NCBI GenBank assembly: GCA_947474395.1
Contig: CANJID010000001.1
Location: 18,083-82,082 of the forward strand
Source of the DNA: Caulobacterales bacterium
GTDB taxonomy: Bacteria; Pseudomonadota; Alphaproteobacteria; Caulobacterales; Caulobacteraceae
Length of the DNA: 64,000 bases
Reading direction: 5' to 3'
The position numbers were made by a program, and so were the translations under genes. The notes below the pieces were generated by a model. It worked only from the letters and a program-made list of their open reading frames with translations. It was not told where the DNA came from and did no database searches. Below are positions 53,449 to 62,591 of this stretch, piece by piece. Positions within the stretch are counted from its first letter, which is position 1, and the number at the start of each line of letters is the position of its first letter.

Positions 53449-55665
53449 CTAGCCGATGAAGGTGAACTCGGTCCCGTCGAAGGCGTCCACGCCGGCTTGG
53501 TTGATGCCGACCAGGGTGGCGATCTTGGTGATGCCGCCCGCGGTCAGGCCGTTGGAGTCGAACCAGACTTCGCCGGCGCCCGTGGTGCTGTTCTCGATCA
53601 CGACCAGCACGCCGTTGCCCGCCGTCACCGAGGCGGTGATGGTGGCGATGTCCGCCGCGCCGGTCCCCGTGGTGGTCGCCGCGGTGGTGATGATGATCAG
53701 CTCGGCGTTGGCCGTGGCGGCGTCGGCGATAGCGGCCTTGGTCGTGATGTTGTCCACCACGGCGTCGGCGTTGCCGATCTTGTAGTGCGTCGCGTCCGAG
53801 CTGAAGACCAGCTTGTCGTCGGCGCGGGTGAAGGCCGTGATGCTGTCGCCGGCTTCGGCAGAGATCCCAGCGGCCAGGGCGATGTAGGCGATGCTGTCGA
53901 CGCCGCCGCCGCCAGTGATGGCGTCCGCGCCCGCTCCGCCCACCACAGTGTCGGCGCCGCCGTTGGTCGCGATGGTGTCGATCCCGGCGTTGCCGATCAG
54001 GACGTCATTGCCGGCCGCGCCGGTGAGGGTGTCGTCCCCAGCGCCGCCGACGATGCCGGTCGCCGCCGCGGTGAGGGCCGCAGTGGTCAGGGCGATGGCG
54101 CTGGTGCCGCCGGCGCCGGTCGTGATCGCCAGCTTGCCGTCAGCTTCGGCCGAACCGTTGATGTCCAGGGTGACGGCGGCCAGGGCCGCGCCGTTGATGG
54201 TCAGGGTGGCGGCGGCGGCCGTGGTCGCGTCCAGCAGGGTGATGACGGTCGCGGCGTTGCCCAGGGTCACCGTCTGGATGTTGGTGACCTTGTCCATGTC
54301 GGTGGCGGCGCCGTTGCCGTCGGTGAAGGTCAGGGTGTTGGTGCCCGTACCGCCGTTGACGGTGTCCACAGCGGCCAGGTTGGTGCCCATGTTGAAGGTG
54401 TCGTTGCCGGTGCCGCCCGTGAACGAGGTCGTCGTGGCGTTGTAGGCGGCGTCAGTGGCCGTGACGGTGATGCCGCCGTTGCCGCTGTTGGTCAGGGTCA
54501 CGATGCCGGCGGCCTTGGCGGCGGCGGCGAGGACCGCCGAACCGGTCGCGCTGTAGTCCAGGGTCTGGATGGTGCCGGCGGTGATGCCGCCGAAGGCGAC
54601 GTCGGCGACGGCGCCGCTGACGCGCAGGGTGTTGACGCCCGTGCCGGCGTTGATGAGGTCAGCAGCGGTGAGGTTGGCGCCGTAGACGAGCAGGTCGTTG
54701 CCCGTACCGGTGGTGACCTTGTCGTTACCGGTGGTGCCGGCGAGGTTGACCGTGTTGGCCCCGTTGCCGAGGGTGATCGTATAGTTGAAGGCGCCCGCGG
54801 CGCCGTTGACGGTGAAGTCGCGGTTGTCCGCCTGGGAATTCCAGGTCTGGTCCGAGCCGGGCAGGTTGATGACCGTCGGCCCGAGGTCGGGCGCGGTGGG
54901 CGTGCCCGGAGCCGTCGGCGAGGTGCCGCCGACGGGGGTCAGTGACGAGGCCGGGGAGGCGTAGGCGGTGAGGCTGCCGCCGTAGGTGGCCCGGCCGTCG
55001 ATGATGGCGTTGGAGAAGTTGTTCATCGCCGAGGCGTAGACGCCGACGTCGGCCTTCATGGCTTCGGACATCAGGTAGCCGACCATGGCCGCCTTGATCC
55101 CCAGGTCGAGCTGGGCGGCGGTGGCGTTGGCGGGCAGGCTCGCCCTGGCCACGGCGGTGAAGTAGGCGAGGCGGCTGACGATGTCGCCCTTGGCGGCGAA
55201 GGCGTTCAGGCGCTGCGATTCGACGTACTGCGGACCGATGACGGTGTCATAGGCCGCCGCCACCGCCGCGGCGAAGGTCAGGCTGCCGTAGGTGGTGCTG
55301 AAGGTCGCTGCGCCCGCGCCCATCACGCCGAGGTTGATGGCGAAGTTGATGTAGCGGTTATCCGAGCTGAACCGGCTGTAGTAGGCGTCGCTCAGGTCGG
55401 TCGAATTGAGGTTCGAGTTGACCAGGTACTGCATGCCGGCGGCCGACGGGGCCGAGCCGGTGAAGAACTGGTAGCTGAGGGCCGCGACGGCGGTGTCGCC
55501 GTCGCCGGTGTTGACCACCGCGGCCCGGGTCTGCTCGTCCGTCAGGGCGCCCGAGGCGTTGCGGGAAGCCGCGAGATCCAGGGCGGCGCCGGTCGTGGCG
55601 TCAGGGAAGAGGCCGAAGTGTTCGGCCGCGTACATCGCGCGAAGCTGGGCGGCGGAATAAGCCAT
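53449..55665 (-). CDS. RsaA-like S-layer protein with RTX repeats (paralogue 2)
   Basis: 738 aa. MAYSAAQLRAMYAAEHFG..., YQFFTGSAPSAAGMQYLVNSNLNSTDLSDAYYSRFSSDNRYINFAINL. RTX block GGAGDDTLTGAAGNDVLIGNAGIDTIATNGGADTVVGGAGADAITGGGGVD. Collinear with paralogue 1. Confidence 0.85.
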   Translation of the reverse strand: MAYSAAQLRAMYAAEHFGLFPDATTGAALDLAASRNASGALTDEQTRAAVVNTGDGDTAVAALSYQFFTGSAPSAAGMQYLVNSNLNSTDLSDAYYSRFSSDNRYINFAINLGVMGAGAATFSTTYGSLTFAAAVAAAYDTVIGPQYVESQRLNAFAAKGDIVSRLAYFTAVARASLPANATAAQLDLGIKAAMVGYLMSEAMKADVGVYASAMNNFSNAIIDGRATYGGSLTAYASPASSLTPVGGTSPTAPGTPTAPDLGPTVINLPGSDQTWNSQADNRDFTVNGAAGAFNYTITLGNGANTVNLAGTTGNDKVTTGTGNDLLVYGANLTAADLINAGTGVNTLRVSGAVADVAFGGITAGTIQTLDYSATGSAVLAAAAKAAGIVTLTNSGNGGITVTATDAAYNATTTSFTGGTGNDTFNMGTNLAAVDTVNGGTGTNTLTFTDGNGAATDMDKVTNIQTVTLGNAATVITLLDATTAAAATLTINGAALAAVTLDINGSAEADGKLAITTGAGGTSAIALTTAALTAAATGIVGGAGDDTLTGAAGNDVLIGNAGIDTIATNGGADTVVGGAGADAITGGGGVDSIAYIALAAGISAEAGDSITAFTRADDKLVFSSDATHYKIGNADAVVDNITTKAAIADAATANAELIIITTAATTTGTGAADIATITASVTAGNGVLVVIENSTTGAGEVWFDSNGLTAGGITKIATLVGINQAGVDAFDGTEFTFIG

Positions 55666-55912
55666 GTCGAATCAGTCCCGTTTTTTGAGGGTGAAGCGCG
55701 AGGCTTCCCCAGGCCTCGACGGGACCGAACGCTCTCGCGCCGCGCCGACCGTCTCTTATCGAATAGAAAAGCAAGATTAACGGAGTGACAAGACGAAAGC
55801 TAGACCGCATGGAAACTGCAGTTTCAAGCTTAAGTCGCTGAAAAATCTGAATCCGGTGGGGGGCAAGGCCGCGCGCCCTGTCATGCGGCCGTTACAGTCC
55901 AGGGGCCGCGTC

Positions 55913-56863
55913 CTACGGTCGCGGGGCGCCGGCTGGTTCGACGGGGGGGCCTTCGCTTCCCGTGGGCTGCGCGGGGGCCGCGGGAGCCGCACCGGCCGAA
56001 TCAGCGCCGCCCGCCGCGGCAGGCGTGGCGGCGGGCTCGTCCTCGAACTCAGGCAGGGCCTGGAGGTCCACGTCGCCCCCGCGAATCTGGGCCTGGCGGC
56101 TCTGCAGATAGAACGAGCGCAGGGTGGCGTAGGAATCGGTCGAGAGCTTCTCAAGTTGCTGCAGCTGGTCGTCCGAGCGAGCGCGCAGGTCGAGCCCCCC
56201 CGCGACCGCGCGGGTCACCGAGACGGCCGTGTCGCCCCGATAGCGGGTCCAGGCCAGCGGGTCGGACGCCATGTCCACCCCCTTGCCGAACAGGTCGCGC
56301 GCCGTGGAGGGGCCGACCATGGGCAGGAAGATGTAGGGGCCCGGCCGCACGCCCCAGACGCCGAGGGTGGTGCCGAAGCCGTTGTCGTGGTGGGCGACGC
56401 CCGCCCCATAGGCCGCGACATCGACCAGGCCGCCGATGCCGAACACCGTATTGGTCATGAAGCGGGCCAGGGTCTCCATGGCGTGGGAGAAGCGGAACTG
56501 GGCCACGTCGTTCATCAGCACGACCGGCTCGGACAGGTTGACGATGGCGTTGTGGATGCCGCTGCCGATCGGCCCGGGCGTGACGGCCCGGTAGCCCATG
56601 GCGGCGGGACGCAGCACGGCCCGGTCGATGCTCTGGTGGATGCCGTAGAACTGCCGGTTGGTCGCTTCCCACGGATCGGGATTGGCGCCGGTGCCCGGCG
56701 GCGGGCCCGCGGGCGGCGTCGGGCCGATCCCGACCGATGTGGGGGCTGGCTGGGCCTGGGTCTCGCCCGACGCCTGCGCCTGAGGCTGAGGCTGAGCCTG
56801 GGCCAGGACGGGGCTCGCGGAAAGCAGGAGGAAGGCCGCCACGGCGGACAGAGCTCGAACCAA
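55913..56863 (-). CDS. mlaA: MlaA/VacJ family outer-membrane lipoprotein
   Basis: The core NPDPWEATNRQFYGIHQSIDRAVLRPAAMGYRAV...FGIGGLVDVA is typical of VacJ. Start placed at the TTG 4 nt after GGAGGG, which gives signal peptide (M)VRALSAVAAFLLLSASPVLA. The track ORF extends to 56992. Pro/Ala-rich C-terminal tail. Confidence 0.75.
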   Translation of the reverse strand: MVRALSAVAAFLLLSASPVLAQAQPQPQAQASGETQAQPAPTSVGIGPTPPAGPPPGTGANPDPWEATNRQFYGIHQSIDRAVLRPAAMGYRAVTPGPIGSGIHNAIVNLSEPVVLMNDVAQFRFSHAMETLARFMTNTVFGIGGLVDVAAYGAGVAHHDNGFGTTLGVWGVRPGPYIFLPMVGPSTARDLFGKGVDMASDPLAWTRYRGDTAVSVTRAVAGGLDLRARSDDQLQQLEKLSTDSYATLRSFYLQSRQAQIRGGDVDLQALPEFEDEPAATPAAAGGADSAGAAPAAPAQPTGSEGPPVEPAGAPRP

Positions 56864-57065
56864 TCTTCCCTCCCTCAGGTCCGGCGGCGCGAAACGGCGA
56901 CGCTTCACAGCAAATGAACGGGAACGCAAAACGTTCAACGCCCACACCGTCTCCAGCGAAGGTTTCGCGCGGAGTGCACCAAGGCCGCGCAACCCTAGGC
57001 CGAATCGATAGCGGAAAGGCTAAGGCCGGGCCGGGCTCCGGCCAAGCTTGGGGCCAAGCTTCCGC

Positions 57066-58547
57066 TCAGCGCGCGGCGACGGGTTTGATGTCCGAACTGG
57101 CGCTTTTCCACGTCACGTCCGAGGGGGTCCAGCCTCCGCCCAGCGCCTTGAAGGCGTTGACCGCCCCCTGGAGGTTGGCGGTGCGCACATTGGTCAGGGC
57201 GGCGCGGGCCTGGCGCCAGCCCTGCTCGGCCTGCAGCAGGGTGGTGAGGTCGGTGAGCCCGGCCCGGTAGCCCTTGTCGGCGGCGTCGAAGGCGAAGCGC
57301 GAGCGCGCTTCGGCCTGGGTCAGGAGTTCGGCGCGGCGCTGGTCCGCCTGCAGGGTGGTCAGGGTGTTCTCGGCGTCGGCGTAAGCGGACTGCACGGCCT
57401 TCTCGTAGGCGACGGCGGCCTGTTCGGCGCGGGCGTTCTGGGCGCGAATCTCGGCCAGGAGGCGCGGCCGGTCCAGGATCGGCACGGTCGCCCCCAGCCC
57501 CATCGACCACATGCGGGTGGTGGATTCGAACACCCCGGAGCTGCGGGTGAAGCTGATCCCCGGCTCGAGGGTCAGGTTGGGGAAGAGTTGCAGCTTGTCG
57601 AGCTTGACCGTGGTGGTCTGGGATTCCAGCCGGGCCTCGGCCTGCCGCACGTCCGGCCGGCGGGCCAGGAGCGCGCCTGGGGTGGAGGCGGGGACCTGCG
57701 GAGCGGCGGCCAGGCGCGGCTCGACGGTCAGGCTGTCCTGCGGCTGATATCCCCGCCCGACCAGGGTCAGGAGGGTGCGCTTGGCGCCGCGCAGGGCCCC
57801 GTCCAGGCGCGCGACCTCCGCCTCGCCGCTGAGCGCCGTGCTTTCCAGCCGGGCCGTGTCGGAGGTGGGACTGAAGCCGTAGTCCGACTTGCGCTTGCCG
57901 AGGTCGGCCATGCTGCGGGTGATGCGGGCGTTGTCCTGGGCGTCGGCGAGCTGGACCGCGATGCTGCGGGCCTGGATCAGGTCGCTCGCCACCTGGGCGG
58001 CGAGGGCCAGGCGGCTGGCCTCGACATCGAAGCGGGCGTCGGCGAGGTCGGCGTCGGCGCGGCGACGCACCGTGTGCCTGGCGCCCATGAAGTCCAGCTC
58101 CCAGGTCGGGTTGAACTGCAGATTGTAGGATGTCGACTGGCCGCCCGGGCTGGCGAAGGCGAAGCTGGTGGTCTGGCGGCTGTTCGAGGTGCGGGCCGTG
58201 CCCGACAGGTTCCCTTGGGGCAGGAAGGGCAGCAGGGCCTGCGAGCGGACGGCCTCCGCTTCTTCGAGCCGGGCCGCGGCGCTGCGGGCGTCGGGGGCGG
58301 CGGTCAGGGCCGCCTCGACCAGCGAAGTCAGCTGGGCGTCGTCGAACAGCAGCCACCACTTGTCGAGGGCCTGCTCGGGCAGGGCGGCGTTGATGGCCGT
58401 TCCCTTGGGCGTCTCGAAGGCGACGGGCAGGCGGGTGTCGGGGGTGGAGATGTGCGTCGCGGGCGCGCAGGCGGTCACGGCGGCGGAAGCCAGCAGACAG
58501 GCGGCCAAGCTAGGCGAGAGAGGGCCGGGAAGGCGGAAGGACTTCAT
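57066..58547 (-). CDS. Outer-membrane factor lipoprotein, NodT/TolC family
   Basis: 493 aa, lipobox AAVTAC. Two OEP repeats with coiled-coil-rich sequence. Confidence 0.85.
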   Translation of the reverse strand: MKSFRLPGPLSPSLAACLLASAAVTACAPATHISTPDTRLPVAFETPKGTAINAALPEQALDKWWLLFDDAQLTSLVEAALTAAPDARSAAARLEEAEAVRSQALLPFLPQGNLSGTARTSNSRQTTSFAFASPGGQSTSYNLQFNPTWELDFMGARHTVRRRADADLADARFDVEASRLALAAQVASDLIQARSIAVQLADAQDNARITRSMADLGKRKSDYGFSPTSDTARLESTALSGEAEVARLDGALRGAKRTLLTLVGRGYQPQDSLTVEPRLAAAPQVPASTPGALLARRPDVRQAEARLESQTTTVKLDKLQLFPNLTLEPGISFTRSSGVFESTTRMWSMGLGATVPILDRPRLLAEIRAQNARAEQAAVAYEKAVQSAYADAENTLTTLQADQRRAELLTQAEARSRFAFDAADKGYRAGLTDLTTLLQAEQGWRQARAALTNVRTANLQGAVNAFKALGGGWTPSDVTWKSASSDIKPVAAR

Positions 58548-58727
58548 TGAAGGGTTCGGGCTCCCCGCGGCCCCCGCCGCGATCCGTCAGTCGGCCCTAT
58601 CTAATGCTGCTAAGCGGCGACGGAAAGACGGCGGCGCAACGTCCGGTCGAATAAGCTTCGCGCAGAGCCTTTTAGGGTCGGATGGGATCATCCGGCCCGT
58701 GTGAAAAGGCTCCCATTTTTAGCATTT

Positions 58728-58777
58728 GGAGCGCGTTCGAGCGGCGAAACCGCTCACACTTTCGCCTAACGCGCTCC
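58728..58777. repeat. 50-nt structured dispersed repeat, copy 2
   Basis: GGAGCGCGTTCGAGCGGCGAAACCGCTCACACTTTCGCCTAACGCGCTCC. 49/50 identical to the reverse complement of 12668-12717. Confidence 0.85.
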
Positions 58778-58906
58778 AGGTTCGTCCCACTTTTCCGTCC
58801 CACCTTTCGAGTGGGGCGAGATTCCATTTTACGCGCCCGATCGTCTGGGTCTTAATCAATGGGGAAGCGCGGCGTCAGACTGCGCTCTTATGAGGGAACG
58901 GCCGGG

Positions 58907-60268
58907 ATGAACGCGGAAGACCTTTTGCGCGCGATTTCCGACTACTGCCGTCAGGCTGAGATGGCCGAATCCACCTTCGGCCGGCTCGCCGTCAACGACG
59001 GAAAGTTCGTGAACCGCCTGAGGTACGGCGGTCGAGTGACGCCAATCACCGCGGAACGGGTGCAAAAATTCATGCTGAAAGCAGCTGCCACCACCAAGGC
59101 CAAGACGCCGGTCCCGCCGCCGGGCCTCGATCCTGAACAGAACTTCCGCTTCTACGACAACCGTCAGAAGTACCTGATGTTCGTCAACACCTGCTCCGAG
59201 AAGTGGGTCGTGGCGCACCGGGTGGCGGAAGAGTTCAAGAACATGCACCCGCGCCCGCCCGCCATCCGCATCTTCGACGCGGGGGTTGGCGACGGCACGG
59301 TGCTGACGCGCGTGATGCGCACCATGCACTCCAAGTTCGACAAGATGCCGTTCTACATCGTCGGCAAGGAGATCAGCCTCGAGGACGTGCGGCTGGCCCT
59401 GGAGAAGATGCCCGACCGCTTCTACGAGCATCCGGCGACCGTCCTGATCATGACCAACATGAACTACGCCGAGGCGCCGTGGCTGCAGCCGGCCAACCTC
59501 AACGCCGCCGCCAGCATGGTCTGGAAGGAAGTGGCGCTGAAGGGCAACAGCGCCGCCGAGTTCGACGAGCAGATCACCGACCTGCAGGACTTCCTGGCCG
59601 ACGCCTGGAAGGCGGGCGTCAGCCCCAAGACCGGCAACCCGGTCTATGAGAAGCCGGTGGTGCTGGTGCTCTACCGAGACGACTGCCGGTTCATGCTGGA
59701 CTCGGTGATCCCCAAGCGCGGCGCCATCCGGGCCGATTACGACCTCGTCATCGCCTCCCAGCCCTACCGGGCGCGGGCCTCGACGGCGTTCAAGGCCAAG
59801 CGGGTGATCGCGCCCCTGGCCCGGGCCCTGGCGCCCGGCGGCCGGCTCCTCGGCATCCACTCCTGCGGCAACGACCCGGCGCTGGAGATCGTGCAGAAGG
59901 TCTGGCCGAACGAGAAGCCCTTCGGCACCAACCGCCACGACCTCCTGGCCGCCACCAAGATGGAGCTGGGCAAGGCGGCGCGGAATTACAACTTCGTCGC
60001 CGGCTCGGATTCCAAGGCCATCTTCAAGTACGACATGCACACCCTGCCGGGGGAGATCGACTCCGACTCCAGCGCCTCGATCGGCACCTCGACCCTGTTC
60101 GCGGCCTGGAACGACGCGGCCTATGTGGCCCAGATCGAGGACCAGCGCCTCGAGCAGGCCATGACCAACGACGGCTATCTGCAGGCCACCCGCGAGGTGC
60201 TGAAGAAGCACGGCGCCCTGTGGTTCAACGACGAGTCCTTCGTGATCTCGCGCAAGCGGGACGACTAG
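58907..60268 (+). CDS. Class I methyltransferase-like protein with N-terminal ~60-aa extension, function unknown
   Basis: 453 aa from the ATG after GAGGGA (MNAEDLLRAISDY...). IRIFDAGVGDGTVL resembles SAM-binding motif I. No closer family recognised. Confidence 0.55.
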   Translation: MNAEDLLRAISDYCRQAEMAESTFGRLAVNDGKFVNRLRYGGRVTPITAERVQKFMLKAAATTKAKTPVPPPGLDPEQNFRFYDNRQKYLMFVNTCSEKWVVAHRVAEEFKNMHPRPPAIRIFDAGVGDGTVLTRVMRTMHSKFDKMPFYIVGKEISLEDVRLALEKMPDRFYEHPATVLIMTNMNYAEAPWLQPANLNAAASMVWKEVALKGNSAAEFDEQITDLQDFLADAWKAGVSPKTGNPVYEKPVVLVLYRDDCRFMLDSVIPKRGAIRADYDLVIASQPYRARASTAFKAKRVIAPLARALAPGGRLLGIHSCGNDPALEIVQKVWPNEKPFGTNRHDLLAATKMELGKAARNYNFVAGSDSKAIFKYDMHTLPGEIDSDSSASIGTSTLFAAWNDAAYVAQIEDQRLEQAMTNDGYLQATREVLKKHGALWFNDESFVISRKRDD

Positions 60269-60399
60269 AGCCGGAGCACGCCCCTGGGCGTTTGCCCCGA
60301 AGGCGTGTCACAAGCGCACTGGCCTCCGCCCACGTCTTTCGCTATCTGGCGCCGGCGCGGCCTCGGCCGTGGGCAGATTCAAGACGGAACGGGAAATCC

Positions 60400-61284
60400 A
60401 TGTTCGGGCTCTTCAAGCGTAAGCAGGCGGCCAAGCCGTCCCAGCCGAAAAGGCTCGCTATTCTGGACGGCTATACCGTCGAGGTGACGACGCGCGACAA
60501 GAAGTCCGTCGACGCGGCCAAGGAGTCCCTCAAGCCGGGCACGGAAGTGTTCGTCGCCCAGATTCCGGGCGAGACCCCCCTGAAGCTGGTGGACGTCTGC
60601 GTCTCCCTGCGCCAGGCCGACCTGATCCCGGTGCCGCACATCGTCGCCCGCAACATCGAGAGCGCGGCGCTCGCCGACGAGCTTCTGTCGCGCCTGGTGG
60701 GCGAGGCGGGGGTGGACCGCTGCTTCACCCCGGGCGGGGACGTCGATACTCCGGCCGGCCCTTACGCCTCCGCCTTCGAACTCCTGCAGAGTGGCGTCTA
60801 CGCCAAGCATGGCGTCAAGAAGCTCGGCTTCACCTGCTATCCGGAAGGCCACCCCAAGATCTCGGAAGAGGCCCTCGCCGAGGCCCGGCAGTCCAAGGCC
60901 AAGCTCGCCCGCGAGCAGGGCATCGACCACTGGTTCATCAGCCAGATGTGCTTCGACGCCGACGCCGTCATCAGCCTGGCCGAGACCCTGCGCGCCGAGG
61001 GCGTGACTGTTCCCCTGCGTATCGGCGTCGCCGGTCCGACCGACCGCAAGAAGCTGATCCGCTACGCCATGGTCTGCGGCGTCGGCGCCTCGATGAAGGT
61101 GCTGACTTCCAACCCCGAGACCATGGGCCAGCTGATGACCCACGACACGCCGGAGGACTTGCTGCGCACCGTGCAGGCCGCGGTGGACGCCAAGCCGTCG
61201 CTGGGCCCCGTCACCACTCACTTCTTCACCTTCGGCGACCTCGCCGGCGCGGCGAAGTGGGCCGAGGAGGCGAAGGGCGCCTAA
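60400..61284 (+). CDS. Methylenetetrahydrofolate reductase (MetF-like) family protein
   Basis: 294 aa from the internal ATG (MFGLFKRKQ...). TIM-barrel MTHFR-like pattern (VPHIVARNI..., GFTCYPEGHP..., FISQMCFDAD..., PLRIGVAGP). Confidence 0.65.
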   Translation: MFGLFKRKQAAKPSQPKRLAILDGYTVEVTTRDKKSVDAAKESLKPGTEVFVAQIPGETPLKLVDVCVSLRQADLIPVPHIVARNIESAALADELLSRLVGEAGVDRCFTPGGDVDTPAGPYASAFELLQSGVYAKHGVKKLGFTCYPEGHPKISEEALAEARQSKAKLAREQGIDHWFISQMCFDADAVISLAETLRAEGVTVPLRIGVAGPTDRKKLIRYAMVCGVGASMKVLTSNPETMGQLMTHDTPEDLLRTVQAAVDAKPSLGPVTTHFFTFGDLAGAAKWAEEAKGA

Positions 61285-61288
61285 GCTC

Positions 61289-61849
61289 TCAGTCCTTCGG
61301 CAGGGGTGGGCGCGTCATGGGGAAGATCGACATCTCGTTGATGATCCGCCGCTGGGTGAAGCGCCAGCGGCCGCCCTGTTTCACCAGCCGGTCGTCATAG
61401 CGCCCCGAGGCTCGGAGCACGGGCGCGCCGGACGTGCCGTCCACCACCGTCCAGTAGGCGCGCACCCGCGCCCGGTCGCCGTCGATCTGCATGGTCACGT
61501 TGGAGAAGGGGTGGCGGACCACCGGGTTGGCGGGGCGGGGCGCGTCGGGGGCGGTAGGCCGCAGACCGGGCGTGCCCGCCATCTTCGCCAGGGCGGCGTG
61601 GCCGCGGTACTCGGTCCCGTCGCCGGCGATTATGACCGCGTCGTCGGTGAAGAGCCCGGCGTAGCCCTCGCCGTCCGCGGAATCCAGCGCGAGGCCGTAC
61701 TGGCCCATCAGCTCGAGGATGGCTCTCCGGTCGGCCATGTGCCGGACAATCTCCGCCGTCGTGCGGGGCTCGGCGGCGGACGCGGCTTCGGGCAGGGCGA
61801 CCACCCAGACTCCGAGCATCAAGGCCGCGAGCGCGAGGACGGTCCTCAT
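61289..61849 (-). CDS. Secreted SnoaL-like/NTF2-fold protein
   Basis: 186 aa from the internal ATG (MRTVLALAALMLGVWVVALPEAASA). ILELMGQYGLALDSADGEGYAGLFTDDAVI pattern. ATGA overlap with the upstream paralogue. Confidence 0.65.
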   Translation of the reverse strand: MRTVLALAALMLGVWVVALPEAASAAEPRTTAEIVRHMADRRAILELMGQYGLALDSADGEGYAGLFTDDAVIIAGDGTEYRGHAALAKMAGTPGLRPTAPDAPRPANPVVRHPFSNVTMQIDGDRARVRAYWTVVDGTSGAPVLRASGRYDDRLVKQGGRWRFTQRRIINEMSIFPMTRPPLPKD

Positions 61850-62391
61850 CGCGCGGGCGCCGCCGCCGGGGCTGCGGTCATGTCGGTGGTGATCCGGCGC
61901 TCGGTCCACAGCCATTTGCCGTTCCGCTTCACCAGGGTGTCCTGGTAGCGCCCCATCGATGCGAGGGCGGGCGCCCCGCCGCCGGCGCTGGAGGTCGTGG
62001 TCCAGTAGGCGCGCACGGTGGCGCGATCGCCGTTGATGTCGACCACCGCGTTGTGGAAGGCGTGGCGGTTGATCCGCGCGGCCGAAGGGGCGCCGGGGGC
62101 CGGCTTGCGTCCGTCCACATAGGCCTTGATCGCGGCGCGCCCCTTCTGGACGTTCGCGCCGTTGCCCGAAATCAGAACCCCGTCCTGGGTGAACATGGCC
62201 GCGTAAGTCGCCCCGTCCGCGTCGTCCAGGGCGAAGCAGTAGCGGGCCATCATGTCGAGGATCAGCTCCTTGTCGTAGAGCTGGCGCACTGTGGCCGCCT
62301 CGGATTGCGCGCGGGCGGGGGCCGGCGCGGCCGAGACCGCGAGCCCCAGCGCCATAGCGGACATGGCGAGAGCGATCGCCAACTTCGACAT
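61846..62391 (-). CDS. Secreted SnoaL-like/NTF2-fold protein (paralogue)
   Basis: 181 aa, signal peptide. ILDMMARYCFALDDADGATYAAMFTQDGVL is collinear with the downstream paralogue. Confidence 0.65.
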   Translation of the reverse strand: MSKLAIALAMSAMALGLAVSAAPAPARAQSEAATVRQLYDKELILDMMARYCFALDDADGATYAAMFTQDGVLISGNGANVQKGRAAIKAYVDGRKPAPGAPSAARINRHAFHNAVVDINGDRATVRAYWTTTSSAGGGAPALASMGRYQDTLVKRNGKWLWTERRITTDMTAAPAAAPAR

Positions 62392-62591
62392 GCAGTCCTC
62401 CCCCGGTTCTTGGGTGCAGCATGCTGTGTCGCCGCCGCTAACTCAACGGCCATCTAGCGGCGCTAGGCCAGGGCTGGCGCCGCTGCGCGCATCTGACGAT
62501 CCGCCTTGAAGCTCCTGCACGGCGGGGCTGCGAAGACCGCACGGCCTTTTGCGGCCTAATCTCTGTCCGCAACCGCGAGGCGTGAGAAGCC

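Noticed and set aside
50775-54945. 781-aa and 543-aa plus-strand ORFs opposite the S-layer genes
   Set aside because: They are mirror-frame translations of Gly/Ala/Thr-rich RTX genes (G/R/V/D repeats). The minus-strand products match RsaA over their whole length.
60269-60399. Possible riboswitch (SAM-II or cobalamin) in the leader of the MTHFR-like gene and upstream of 58907
   Set aside because: I could not find the conserved core sequences of SAM-II, SAM-I or cobalamin riboswitches by eye. Only a weak ACGCC-CCTG-GGCGT hairpin is present.
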